A stretch of DNA of 63,432 nucleotides, the filler included, from Reticulomyxa filosa (Eukaryota; Protista; Foraminifera), in NCBI GenBank assembly GCA_000512085.1. It is 19 parts of 19 records of this genome, joined end to end, with 100 filler letters (N's around TTAATTAATTAA, not from the genome) between each part and the next. Parts side by side here need not be neighbours in the genome. Positions count along the whole stretch, not along the records: positions 47,790 to 53,483 come from ASPP01026971.1; positions 53,584 to 58,591 come from ASPP01008185.1; positions 58,692 to 61,539 come from ASPP01027444.1; 16 more parts are not named here. One strand, given 5' to 3'. The notes below the pieces were generated by a model. The model worked only from the letters and a program-made list of their open reading frames with translations. It searched no databases and was not told where the DNA came from. This document shows positions 49,309-61,639 of the stretch, in pieces; within the stretch, counting starts at the first letter, position 1, and each line of letters opens with the position of its first letter. Both the position numbers and the translations under genes were made by a program.

Positions 49309-52251
49309 ATGTATTATGAACGAGATTATTCAGATAGTTCAGATTTTGAGGTACCTCTGCATATCGAACCAATTGGCCACAAAGCGGTGATGCAGAAATT
49401 GAGTTGGCTATATGATTTATTGAACGCATTGATTTCAGTGGCAGACTTGATAACAGACGTCTCAGTAACCTATCAATTTTATGTGAAAGGAAGAAAGGTA
49501 TATTTTGTACTTGCTTCAACCATTTTAACTCTTACGCACATATGCTACGCAGTGGCGTTTATTTTACGTTATGCAAGGTAAAGCTTTTAGAGCTAGAAAG
49601 GGATGCAGAGAGAAGAGGGACAAGAGAAAGAGAAAAAAAAAGAGTAAGTGAAATGACTCCAAAAAAAAAAAACAAAGCAAAGTAAATAAAACAAAATGGA
49701 CAACCCCTTTCCCTTTCTTTTTCAGATACAGGACATTTTGTTTTCAGTTATTTTTGATACTATCTTTATTGCCGTTTTCTCCGTTGATACCATTTGCATT
49801 TTACTGGTTCAGTGTATCCAAAGATTCGGTGTCAACTTTTTTATACCAAAAATTCCACCTTTTTGTGGATAGGCGAGATGACACATACTGGACAGATAAC
49901 ACCACCGATACGTGGGTTCGATGGGGCGCCGAAACCATTCTTTCCAATATGGGCTTTATCATTGAGGCCATGATTCAATCCATCCCTCAAGTTTGTTTTT
50001 ATCCTTTCTTCTTTATACGTGTTTCCAAAAAATGATGACAAAAAAAAAAAAAAAAAAAAAAAATGAGAGGGAGAGAAAACCGACTGGCTCCATCTTTTTT
50101 AAAATAAAAGGCCATTTTACAATCGATAGCGATATGTCATTATCATGAAACCAACAATCTGCTAGCGATTTGCAGCATAGCCGTGAGTTTGAGCAGCATT
50201 GGAATCAAGTCATTAGTATTTACCTTTGGAATCGACTGTACCACAAGGCTATTGAAATGGATATGTTTTGTGGCCGACTTTTTTGGATTGTTTGCATCCA
50301 TTGGGTGGTGTTTTTGGTATGACCCCAGCGCCGACTATTGGCAGGGGTCGTTGATATCGTCGTCCGAGTACCGTTGGTGGAGACTGGAACACTGGCTCCA
50401 TTCGAACGTGACGTGGTTTGGATATTTGTATTTATACAAAGTTGTGTTCACCACATGTCCGTTGGCGCTGCTATCCGCCATGGCAATGTCTTGGCTTTGG
50501 ATCGGAGTCGTTTATGAAGATATTGCACCTCGTCAAGGTGCGCCGCTGCTTCGCAATGCTTGCAGTTTGTTATTTATCCTTCCAATTGTCGTTGTCGCAT
50601 TCGGCATCTCCTCCGTTTTTATCTTCCTCTTGTTCACTCTATGTTTGGAAGTGGCTCTATTCAGTTGGATACCTTTTTTTTTTGCTGTTTACAGGCATGC
50701 TTTTTTTTTTTTCTTGTTTTTATAAATAATTTTTTTTTTTTAAAAAAAAAAAGAAGGGACTCCAAAGAAGATATACATATGTGCATATATACATATATGT
50801 ATATGTACATGCGTGCGTGTGTGTGTGTACGTACGTATAATGTTTGACAGTGAATCAAGATTTAATGGAGGCGTTAAGTCAAGCACTCGACAATTATTGG
50901 AATGGATTTTAGATACGGATCAAAGCTCTTGCACGCATTGCTATGAGTGGCTCTGTTGTTATCGCGATTGCTGCTGTTGGCACTCGAATTGGAACACGAA
51001 ACGTTGTCATTCCGATCACTGTTGTTTTCCTTGCATTGGCTGTTGCTGCTTGTGCAAGGGCAGTCGCCAGTCTTTGTTTGCGCGATTTGGACGCACGTTG
51101 ACCGTCAAACTCATGTCCTTTCATTACACACGCCTGTATCAAAGTAAAAAGCACAATGCTAGTACCTGTTCACTTGAACGCTGGATTCAATTTCATTATC
51201 TGGACGCTGATCAACCTCACGATCAATCCCGCAGACTCCCTCAGCATATACGTCAAAGAAGGCCCCCTGTGTCAAACAGTCAGTTGTTGTCCGTGAACCC
51301 TATTCAAACTAATCTTCTTCAATTCGAGCAAGATGAAGGTATTTATTTATATAATTGTTTTATTTCTTCTTTTCTCTTATTTAATATATGTACATATACA
51401 TGTATATATATATAATTTTTTTTTTTTTTTTTTTTTTTTTTAGTTTTTGTTTTGTACAAAAAAAAAAATGCATGTACGTAAAAAAGAAAAAAAGGGAGGA
51501 AATAAATTATACGTATACTTTGTCAGAAAGCATAGTAGACGTAAGTGAAGATATGTCAATCCAGATGTTTCGTAGCAAATGTGAGGAATATTTGGAAGGT
51601 AATCGTAAATCGTCATCTCTTGTGATGCGATTGTTTATGGATATAATGGGACTGTTATACTATTGGAAAGAAGCGATGCAGCGCGAAAGGGGCTGCAGTG
51701 TAGGCTGTGTAGATGGATGCGTAGTGTTAACTCTGCTGTCGATGATCTTGTCATTGTGTTTGCCTTTGTATTCGATATCACGTTTCATTACTCCGTTTTA
51801 TCCGCTGCTGTGTCTGGTGAGTGTCTTGTATCCACGCGACGCAAGTCAGAACCACGCAAGTCACTGGTTTGGAGTCGACTTGACACGCATTTTGGAGCCT
51901 CAGCACTCCAACTTACATTACGCATCCTTCCAACTGGTCTTCATGTCCATATACTATTTTGCAATGCTCCTCATTCTCGTCATCTTGCTTCCGTTCGTCT
52001 TTCGCAGACACTACATCCTGTGGCATTTGATGCCGTCCAGCTTGAGCATCATCACTCACTATGGATTGGACTTTAAACTGGACTTAAAAAGTGCCTCCAA
52101 ACTCATGTGCGACTATGTCATCTATAGTCACGACAAACGCAACATTTTGATTGATCACTTTGGAAATGACATTGGCATTTTAATCTTTTCTTTTTTGCCT
52201 TGTGGCATCAAAGATTGGGAATATGATGTCAAACGAATAGCCATCCATTAG
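49309..52251 (+). CDS. XK-related (Xkr-like) multipass membrane protein; multi-exon
   Basis: 'ISVADLITDVSVTYQFY', 'IEAMIQSIPQ|AILQ' (intron 49991-50110) and 'SIAVSLSSI' match the XK family pattern. Has extra TM helices and a Cys-rich loop. Confidence 0.7.
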
Positions 52252-52904
52252 GGCTACGTTTTTTTTTTTTAGCATAATGGTAGATCGTTAGTTCTTTTTT
52301 TTGTAAAATTTATTTTGAAATTAATAATTAACATCTTCATACAATTGAATAAACCCCGATGTAGGAACAACTGAAAATTTTCATCACAGATACTTCTTTT
52401 CTTTTTCGTAATTTAAATTTTGTTTTCTATTGTAATTTTCATTTAAAAGGATATGTCTCTAAGCACACTGTCTACATATAGTCAAATGCTTGTGTAGAAG
52501 TTAATAAAAATCAAAAGGGATACAAGATTCGATAAGATGTGTATGCAAACAAAAACCTTCATCGTTTGCATTTCTTTGCCTAATCCGTTTAATCTTATAC
52601 ATTATCTATTGGAGGTAAGATGGGCTTCAACTTTCATTCAAAACTATCAAAACTGATTCACAAATGTTTCGAGTTTGACCACACGGTTTTCGACTCTTAT
52701 TTTCCTTGTCCCATCTTTTTATAAAATACATTCGATTCAAAGATGGAGCTTAAAAAAAAAGGAATGAGAAGTATAGTGAATGGAATGAAATGAGATATGG
52801 TCAATTGTACTAAGTGATGAACTATAATGAATTGAAATGTGATGTAATGCAAGAATGCAAAAAAAAATATAAAAAGAGGAAAAGATAAAAAAAAAAAAAA
52901 GAGT

Positions 52905-53472
52905 TTAGGAAGTGGAGTCTTTGACGAGTTGATGATAATGCGACAAAGTCCGAGCAGAAGGATCAGTGCTGGCCGACCATTGGGGAAGCCAATAATAAGG
53001 AGTAAGATCATGAGGCGCAAAGAAGCGATCATAGATTTGACGATAATAAAGAGCTTCTTTACTAATGGGAGGATTGGAGTAAGTGGAGCGAAGTCGAGAA
53101 AAAGTAGAGTCATCAATGATAGTATCAATATGTTGTTGAAGCAATAAATGCCAAGGTTTGGAAGTACTCGAAATGCCATCACTAAAAGCCTCTTTGGTTC
53201 TCCATAAAACTGAATCAGGTAAGAAACCCTGAAAAGCCTTTCGAACAAGATATTTTTCAATTCCCTTATAATGAGGAGTACGTAAAGAAGGATGAATACG
53301 TAAATATTGCCGAACAAAAGTTTTATCCAAAAAAGGGACACGGGCTTCAAGTCCATGAGCAGATGTAGTGCGATCAGCACGTTTTACATCAAAGTGATGT
53401 AAATTTTCAATGAGACGAATACTATCTCGAGCAGTAGTTTCAACACATTTTTGGAGATGGTTATAAAGATAG
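52905..53472 (-). CDS. ASNS: Glutamine-hydrolysing asparagine synthetase, terminal exon
   Basis: Motifs 'FDVKRADRTTSAHGLEARVPFLD', 'IEKYLVRKAF', 'WRTKEAFSDG' and 'YWLPQW..TDPSARTL'. Confidence 0.93.
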
Positions 53473-53650
53473 CTAATATATATNNNNNNNNNNNNNNNNN
53501 NNNNNNNNNNNNNNNNNNNNNNNNNNNTTAATTAATTAANNNNNNNNNNNNNNNNNNNNNNNNNNNNNNNNNNNNNNNNNNNNTTTTTTTTTTTTTCCTC
53601 ACTATGTTGGTGTGATAACACTAATGTATGTGTGTGTGTATATGTGCAAG

Positions 53651-54782
53651 ATCAGTTCGCGAAGAAAGACAGAATACAGCAATACAGACGGGATGGCCGC
53701 GGCGATCGGAGGAGGAGGAGAAGTAGCAGTAGATGGCCGTCGACAGTCGCGTGTGTTAATTGTGAAATCGAAAATTGCCAATGAGTTACAGCGAAAACCA
53801 CGAAAAATGGTTTCTTTTGCTGAGGTTAATTTTTACTATTGTTTCTACGTATACATTTTTTATATTATGCATAAAAATTGCTGTTTTTGCATATATACAT
53901 ATAAACATATATATATGTATATATTATTTGCATATATGTGTAATATATGCGTATATGTATATGTATGTATGTGTCTGGTGGGTACATTTCAATGTATTGT
54001 TTGGCCCGTGCAAAAAAAAAAAAAAAAAAAAAGGATTCCATTTTGGTGGAGTCGTGTGATTGATTGCGAAAAACGAATCAAACGACTGTCGACCAGATTG
54101 AATCATTTGTGTGACTTGGTGTTGGAATTTTGTGATGTATGCAATCACTTCAGCGACCAATGCAGCGCCATCTATCACGCCGTGAAAAAGTCTTGGGAAG
54201 ATGTGGAGAACGAGTACGCCATGGATATTTTGTCACTAAACGCTCAAATGAACGAATTGGGAGAACAATTTGCGCATATGTCCTCTGCCTCAAGACAATT
54301 GGCCATTACTGTTTGTTTCTCCATTTTTAGGAATGAGTAAAAAAAAAAAAAAAAATATAAATAAGATAAGATAAAAAGAATTGTGGAAGAGAGAAGGGGG
54401 AACGGAGTAACCAAAAAAAAAAAAAAATAATGTATATATACATACATATATGAATAGATACATATACATATATGTGTATACACACAAATGTGTATGCAAT
54501 ATTTTTTGTTTATTTGTTTTGTTCCTTGAAAAAATAAATAAATAAATGTGAACGACAGATGAAAGCGGTGTTGGTAACACCATTCCGTGAGTTCACGGAA
54601 CATCACTTGCAAGAGGTGAATGCATCATCCAAGACGTTGAAATTGCTGAACACGCAACACGAATTAACATTAAAACAATTGCTTCATACGCCGCAGCATT
54701 TGCCCGAGCATCTTGTACAGAAAAAGGGATTTTTATGTTACGTATTGCATTTTGTTATCTATATACATATATGCATATGTAC

Positions 54783-54813
<31 letters not shown>

Positions 54814-55964
54814 ATAGCGAAAATGAGTGCGAAATTAACGGAACAACCTGGCTATGAGGAATTGAAAAGTAAGTTATCAAGCATCCGTAAGCACTATGAA
54901 TTGAAGCGCTTTGACCATTGCAAAGTGCTGAACGCGGTAATAAACCGACACCGATACGAGTTGATATTGAACTTGTGTGCGTGCTTTTCTGGCTTCGAGA
55001 CGTTCTTTCACGTGGGTTACGAAGCTTCGTTGTCGCACAAGGTGTTCCACCAAAGTATCCAAATCGGCGTGGCGCAGAGACAGGCGATGGAAGACGGCAA
55101 CGATTTGCGCCTGCGACAAATCCGCAAGCAACTGGACTCCAAGCTGTCGGCGAGTGGCGAAGCCAACCACAAGCAAATCTACGAAGCGCTTGAGGATCTC
55201 CTGCTCCAGCACGAGCTGAATGTGGCAAACGCATACGCGTCCAACTCCGTGTTGGACGATGAAAAGTCGCATCAACAATCCAATACTGACAAGCGACCAG
55301 ACGACGAGCATCACGGCAGCAACGCCGACAATCAAGAACATGGCACTGCAATCGATTCTGCTTCTCACAATCCTAATACCAATACCAATACCAATATCAA
55401 TACCAATGCCAATGGAAATGCAAGTACAGATGCAAATGTAAATGTAAATGCAAATGCAAATACCAATATAAATGCAAATGCAAATGCAAATGCAAATGCC
55501 AATGCGACAGAGACAGCCACGACAACAGAACTATCCACATCCATCCCGAGCAATGGAAGGGGCGGAAGCATGGACGAACCCAGGTCCACTCAGAGCGAGG
55601 AGAACGCAGCCGGCCAAGGACAGTCGCCTTTGCCGGAAAAGAAAGACGAGGATGGACACGACCATGAAGATGCGAAAGAGACAAGCAGCCACCCTATTCC
55701 CGCTGCCGTCGCGTCGAAAATGTCGCCGGCCAATCTCGTCGTCCCCAGCGCAGACTCGTCCAAACGGAAGCAAAGTCTGAAAGACCCTTACGACGTTGAT
55801 ACCTTTGCCGGCTATTTGTGGAAGCAAAGCACCAATGTTCGCAAAGATTGGAAAAGGAGATGGTTTGTCGTTGAAAATGGAGAGTTGGCTTATTATCGAT
55901 CCAAAGATGCATGTTTTTTTGTTTTCTCTTATTTAAAAAAAAATAACATCACACATAAAGCATA

Positions 55965-55996
<32 letters not shown>

Positions 55997-57149
55997 GGAT
56001 ATGGTTAGGGAATTGGTGGTAGACACAATGCTATCCAAAGTCAAAGAAAGACCAGACCACGAATTACGATTTGTGTTTGAACTCATTTCGCCGTCCCGTC
56101 GGGTGTACACTTTGCAAGCGGAAAATGAAAAGGATTTTTTTTGCGTGGACTTCGGTACTGAAGAATCAAGTTCACAGAATGTTGCGAAGACGAGTTTTGT
56201 GTTGTTCAGCTACTTTTGAGTTTTTAAAACGATATAACAAAAAAAAAAAGACCATATTAAAAAAAGGACGTTAGATACTTCGAAGAAAAAAGTGGACAGA
56301 ATCCAGAAATCCACAAACAAAAACGTGCTCTCAAAAAAGAAATTCAAGATGCCAATCTACATTGTGCAGACTGTGGCAAAAAAGAGCCGGAGTGGGTGTC
56401 CATTAACATGGGAGTGCTCGTTTGTATTTCATGTAGTGGTGTGCATCGATCGTTGGGCACACATGTGTCGAAAGTCCGATCCATTGTGTTAGATGACATT
56501 CCTCTTAGTACTTTGTCACTGTTGCATCAATTAGGAAACAGTAAAGTCAATGAACTGTTGGAACATACCATACCATCGGATTATGTCAAATGTGATCAAA
56601 ATAGTGAGGGGTAATGTTCTTTTTTTTTTTTTTTTTTATCCCTTATTTGTTTCTCATTTTGTACGATCCAAAAAAAAAAAAAAAATGTGACAATCACACA
56701 GGCACGAACGGGAAAAATTCATCAAAGGAAAGTATATGTTTAAACTGTTCATTAATCCGAGTAACCGAAAATCGCATGACGAATTGAATGGACAGCTATT
56801 CCAAAGTGCCAAGACCGAAAACTTGTTGTCTATTTTGGAAGCCATTTGCTATGGAGCAAATGTAGACTGTGTAAGTAGCGATCCTTCACAAAATGGTCGT
56901 ACGCCTTTACATGTTGCCACTTTGGAAGGCAAAGGATTAGCTGTTGAGTTACTGTTACAGAATGGCGCATCTCATTTGATCAAGGACAGAGATGGCAAGA
57001 CTGCACGTGAATTAGCGATGGAAATGCATATCGACAAAGTTACAGAAATTTTAGAACTTCATGATCCCTCAATTGGACTAAAAAAGTCATCATCTCCTTC
57101 TGATGACAATGACAAAGGTGTTGAGTCTGACCATGACGATAACAATTGA
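53651..57149 (+). CDS. ACAP/centaurin-beta-type ArfGAP (BAR-PH-ArfGAP-ankyrin); multi-exon, 5' partial
   Basis: BAR helices, PH '[20 protein letters not shown]', ArfGAP 'CADCG...[32 protein letters not shown]', and ankyrin 'GRTPLHVA...LLLQNGA'. Confidence 0.92.
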
Positions 57150-57336
57150 TCTTTTTTTTGAGATTTCTTTCGTTTTTAAACTTGATGAAAGATAATTTGT
57201 ATATTTGCTTTGTTTTTGATTCTTTGTTTCTCTAACTTCCACTTCTCAGTTTTGTTTTTTCGAATGAAAATAATTTTTCTCACAAATAAATCGCATAAAA
57301 AATATTATTTCATTTTTTAGCACACTTTTAAGTATT

Positions 57337-57566
57337 TGTAGGGTAAGGCCCTATAAATATCTGAACGTTGAAGGAATCTGGGAGTCCCCAGTGGGCTAAA
57401 ACTCCTCAACCAACTTCACTTACTCTTTTGTTTTGTTTTCTTCTTTTGTTACGTCATTAATCTTTCTTTTATTTAATTCACTTTTGTTTTACCGAACATT
57501 GGGTTCTTGAGTAAAATCCTTTTCGTATTACATTTAGTATAACCTCTTCCAGCTGACGTTCCCACA
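57337..57566 (+). mobile_element. Solo LTR (copy 3, 230 bp) with 4-bp TSD
   Basis: Reads TATT|TGTAGGG...CCCACA|TATT (TSD at 57333-57336 and 57567-57570), with TATAAATA at 57352 and no PBS after it. Confidence 0.85.
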
Positions 57567-58691
57567 TATTATTTTTGATAATTTTAAAAAACGTTTTACT
57601 AGTGTGTTAAACGTATAACGCACGTTAGAGAAATATATCATAATAATATCAGTAACATTTAAAAAAAAATAGAAATGCTTAAATATGATTATTTCATAAT
57701 AAAAAAATAAAATAGCAATTCTTACTAAAATATGTTATAAAATAATCTTAATTTATCAAATGTTTTTTTCAACATAGTGATTTTTCTAACTTGTATTTTA
57801 CAAACAGCGTTTTTTACAATATTATAGCAATTCATAATGTAATAATAATACGTTATAATTATTTTTTATTATTATTAACAATAGCAAAATAATATATATA
57901 ACATAAATGATTGTTTGCATTTATTAAATGAAGTTAAACTAATGGCATTTTTGCAGCAAATATAACTTTGCTTTGTCATTCAACTTTTGCATTATTTGTT
58001 GATTTTCACATTGTAATACGATGTCCAGATTCTGTTTAATTTAATGTTTTGATTTATTTCAATATAAAATAATTACAAATTAATTTCGCTAGATAAAAGA
58101 AACATTATCTGAGTGTAATTGTTCTTATTCAATAAATCAAGCTGTAGGATAAGTACATATTATACAATCTCAAATACCAAAGATTTTTTAAAAATATGAT
58201 AAAACATTTAAATCAGTATATTAAAGTAAATTTTTTTGCTTAAAAGTTATTTGTACCATTTTTACAAGGTCGTCAACTGAGCTTTTTTAATTTACACTTG
58301 TTTCTTTGTTTGTTTTCTTTTGTTTTTTGTAAGTGCAAAACAATATTACGAAATTGTTTTGCACTTTGAGCAACTTGCTTTTCTAAATAGAAAACAAGTT
58401 AGAAGTAAGAGAAGTCTTACATGTTTTTTTTTTTATTCTAATAATAATAATAATTTTTTTTAATGAAAAGGTGTTTTTGCGTTGATGCAAAAATAATTAT
58501 GTTAAGTAATGTTTTTTTTGTTTTTTTTTCATATTATGATGAACAAAATCCATATATCTGACAAATGAACGATAAAAGACTTCTGATGGTCNNNNNNNNN
58601 NNNNNNNNNNNNNNNNNNNNNNNNNNNNNNNNNNNTTAATTAATTAANNNNNNNNNNNNNNNNNNNNNNNNNNNNNNNNNNNNNNNNNNNN

Positions 58692-59703
58692 GTATTCATT
58701 AATTCATTTGATCCATATTTTACACTATTAATCCAATATGTATGTCCTATAAATACATTGAATTGTTTTGTTGTTTCAATATCCCATATTCGAATGGTTT
58801 GATCAAATGATCCAGAACAAATTGTATATCCATTTCCACCAATCACACCAATATTATTCATTTTATTATTATTATTATCATTGTTATTATTACTTTGTAA
58901 TGGTGAAATATCGACACATAAAACGCCATGTTCATGTCCATTGAAAATATGTAATGATTTTGATGTTTTAACGTCCCATAAACGAATTGTTTTGTCTTCA
59001 GATCCAGAACACAAATATCTACCACCATTAAATGGTGAAAATTCAATACCACAAACACCATTTGTGTGCCCATTGAATATTTGTAATTTTTTTTTATGTT
59101 TGAAATCCCAAAAACGAATGGTTTTGTCATTTGATGAAGAACAAATGACATTTTGACGATGATTATGATAATGATATGATGAAAATTTCACACAATACAC
59201 ATGACTTGAATGTCCATTGAATGATTGAATTTGTTTATTGTTATCAATATCCCATACACGAACCGTTTTATCACGTGATCCAGAGCAAATGAATTGACAA
59301 TCATCAAATGTTGAATAATCAATACTATAAACCAAATCATTGTGTCCAGTGAAAGTATTGATTAATTTAGATGATGAATGAAATGTGTCAAACATGAAGA
59401 CAGTAGATGTCTATGTTAAATAAATATTGAAACATTTTGATTGTCATTTAAGAAAAAAACAAATGAACTAACATAATTGACAACAAATTTGTCAAAATCT
59501 TTGATCCATCCTAATTGAATGTTTGATATTCGAATCCAATGATGAAGAATTACTTGAATCTTTTCTTCTTCAGACTGTTTGAATCACAAATTATGTACAA
59601 TAAATGAACAATAAAAAAGGCAACAGACTTTCTGAAAACTTGTAATAAAGTTTACCAACGCTAATTGTGTTGAAGTTCGCTTCTCATTGGTAAAGGTTGT
59701 CAT
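58692..59703 (-). CDS. WD40-repeat protein of an expanded family (3' truncated)
   Basis: Starts MTTFTNEK, with leader exon 'EEKIQVILHHWIRISNIQLGWIKDFDKFVVNY', then four complete GH...WD repeats (e.g. FNGHTNGVCGIEFS...CSGSEDKTIRLWD) and the start of a fifth. Confidence 0.93.
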
Positions 59704-61371
59704 TTTGTTGTTGTTTTTTAGATCGTTTTTGATGATGTAAAATGGAAGATATGGAATTTTTTTCCTCTCAAGGTAATGAAAGGGGTTTTCAAAAAATTCT
59801 TGGCAATATGAAAAACGGATTTTGACAATGCGTGTAATTTTTTTTCAATGAAGATAAGAAATTTTTTAAAAGAATTTGTCCAAAACTGAGTATGCACGTA
59901 TATCACAAGTTTTTTTTAAAAAGGTTTTAAGCAAAAACTTTGAAAATAGTGTTTTGTAGTTTTTGAATAATATTTGAAAACAAAAAAATAACTTTGATGT
60001 TGAAACGAAAAGTGTAATTTAACACAATTTTATAAGCCTTAAATGTGTTTGTTTCTGTTTTTAAATTGCTTATGGCTCTGCTAACTAAAAGATGTATTAT
60101 CTGAAATGAATAAATGAATGTAATATTACCACATATACTGAAAATTTGATCTTTGATGCTAAACATGTTTTATTGCTGCAATACCCTTGTATATTGATTC
60201 TTCCAATTGTCTTTTAAAATACTAACCTATTCCAACATTGATAGAATTAATTTTTTTTGTTATTTGAATAAATCTTTTTCAACTGATTGTTGGACAAGAC
60301 CTTTAATCATTGTTTCAATATTCACAATGATGCTATATTTTTCTTGTAGTTCTTTTTCGTTGAATCTCCAAATAATCAACGCTTTAATCTCTTTAACATA
60401 CCTTATTTGTTTTATATGATCATGTGTGTTACCATTTGGATACCAGTATAAAAAATGCTTCAAATGGCATTCCGCAAAAATAATATAGTATAAATTTTCT
60501 CCTTTTCTGTTATTCAAAAATGCTAATGTAAACAACAAATATAAAATAAAACATCAACTCTTTCATCTTGTTTTCTTTGTCTGAATTATGTATTTCAACC
60601 AAAAATAGTCATGCACTCTTTGGAAAGACTTTAAAAAATTTCTATTTATTAAATCTATAAATAACTTTGCAATATACCTTAAATGCTTATCGTAAATATA
60701 ACCAAATCAAAAATTAGTTTCTTTCACACGTTTTGGCTGACAAAGAAAAGTAAGAAACAAAGCAGGACATTTTCTTTACTGAATTACATTTCAAAGGAAA
60801 AACGCTCCTGAGAGGCTGGTGATTATGAAAAGTAAAAATACACTGAATTTTTGTTCCCCTTTTGTGTTTTTGGAAATTGTTGGAACAAGGATAAAATGTT
60901 AACATTTTGAGACATTGGATGAACAATGGAAAATTATCCATTTTGTTTCTTTGATTGTTCATCAAATTGTGACAAAATCATTACTACCTTTTCTTTTCAA
61001 TAAGGTTGTAAATATTTTCTCATAAAAAATTGATACAATTGTATTACCATCTGTTCAAACGTTTATAAGTATTCTTTCAAATCAAATGTAAATTGAAAAA
61101 ATTATGTTCTTGTTGCAGTGTTTTAATATTTTACAAATGAAACACTAATTTCTCATTACAAAGTTTAAAAAAATCAATTTCAGTTTTTTATTGACCCTTG
61201 TGATCTAAAAAAAAAAAGTTGAAAAGCATCTTTATCATCATCTTTGCATTATCAAAGATCATCCCAAGGAAAAAAAAGAAAATACTTTATCTTAGTAATG
61301 AAAGTTTCGTTTAAGTTGTTTTTTAGGTTTTATTTATTATTGTTTCTCATTTTGCTTTATGATTGAAACAG

Positions 61372-61539
61372 TCAAAAGAAGAAGAGGTCCAAATCATTAT
61401 TCATCACTGGATTCGAACGTTAAACATTAAATTAGGATGGATCAAAGATTTTGACAAACTTGTTGTCAATTATGTTAGTTCATTTGTTTCTTTTTTTTTT
61501 AAAATGCAAATCAACACATCACAATATTATTTAACATAG
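61372..61539 (+). CDS. Second paralogue of the same WD40 family (leader exon and intron), divergently oriented
   Basis: 'SKEEEVQIIIHHWIRTLNIKLGWIKDFDKLVVNY' is followed by intron gttagttcatttg...tttaacatag, matching the intron at ~59412-59473. Confidence 0.8.
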   Translation, partial: SKEEEVQIIIHHWIRTLNIKLGWIKDFDKLVVNYVSSFVSFFFKMQINTSQYYLT

Positions 61540-61639
61540 NNNNNNNNNNNNNNNNNNNNNNNNNNNNNNNNNNNNNNNNNNNNTTAATTAATTAANNNNN
61601 NNNNNNNNNNNNNNNNNNNNNNNNNNNNNNNNNNNNNNN

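Noticed and set aside
4320-61639. Recurring TTAATTAATTAA palindrome as a biological repeat or CRISPR-like array
   Set aside because: Always centred in exactly 44+44 Ns. It is a six-frame-stop linker added when contigs were concatenated.
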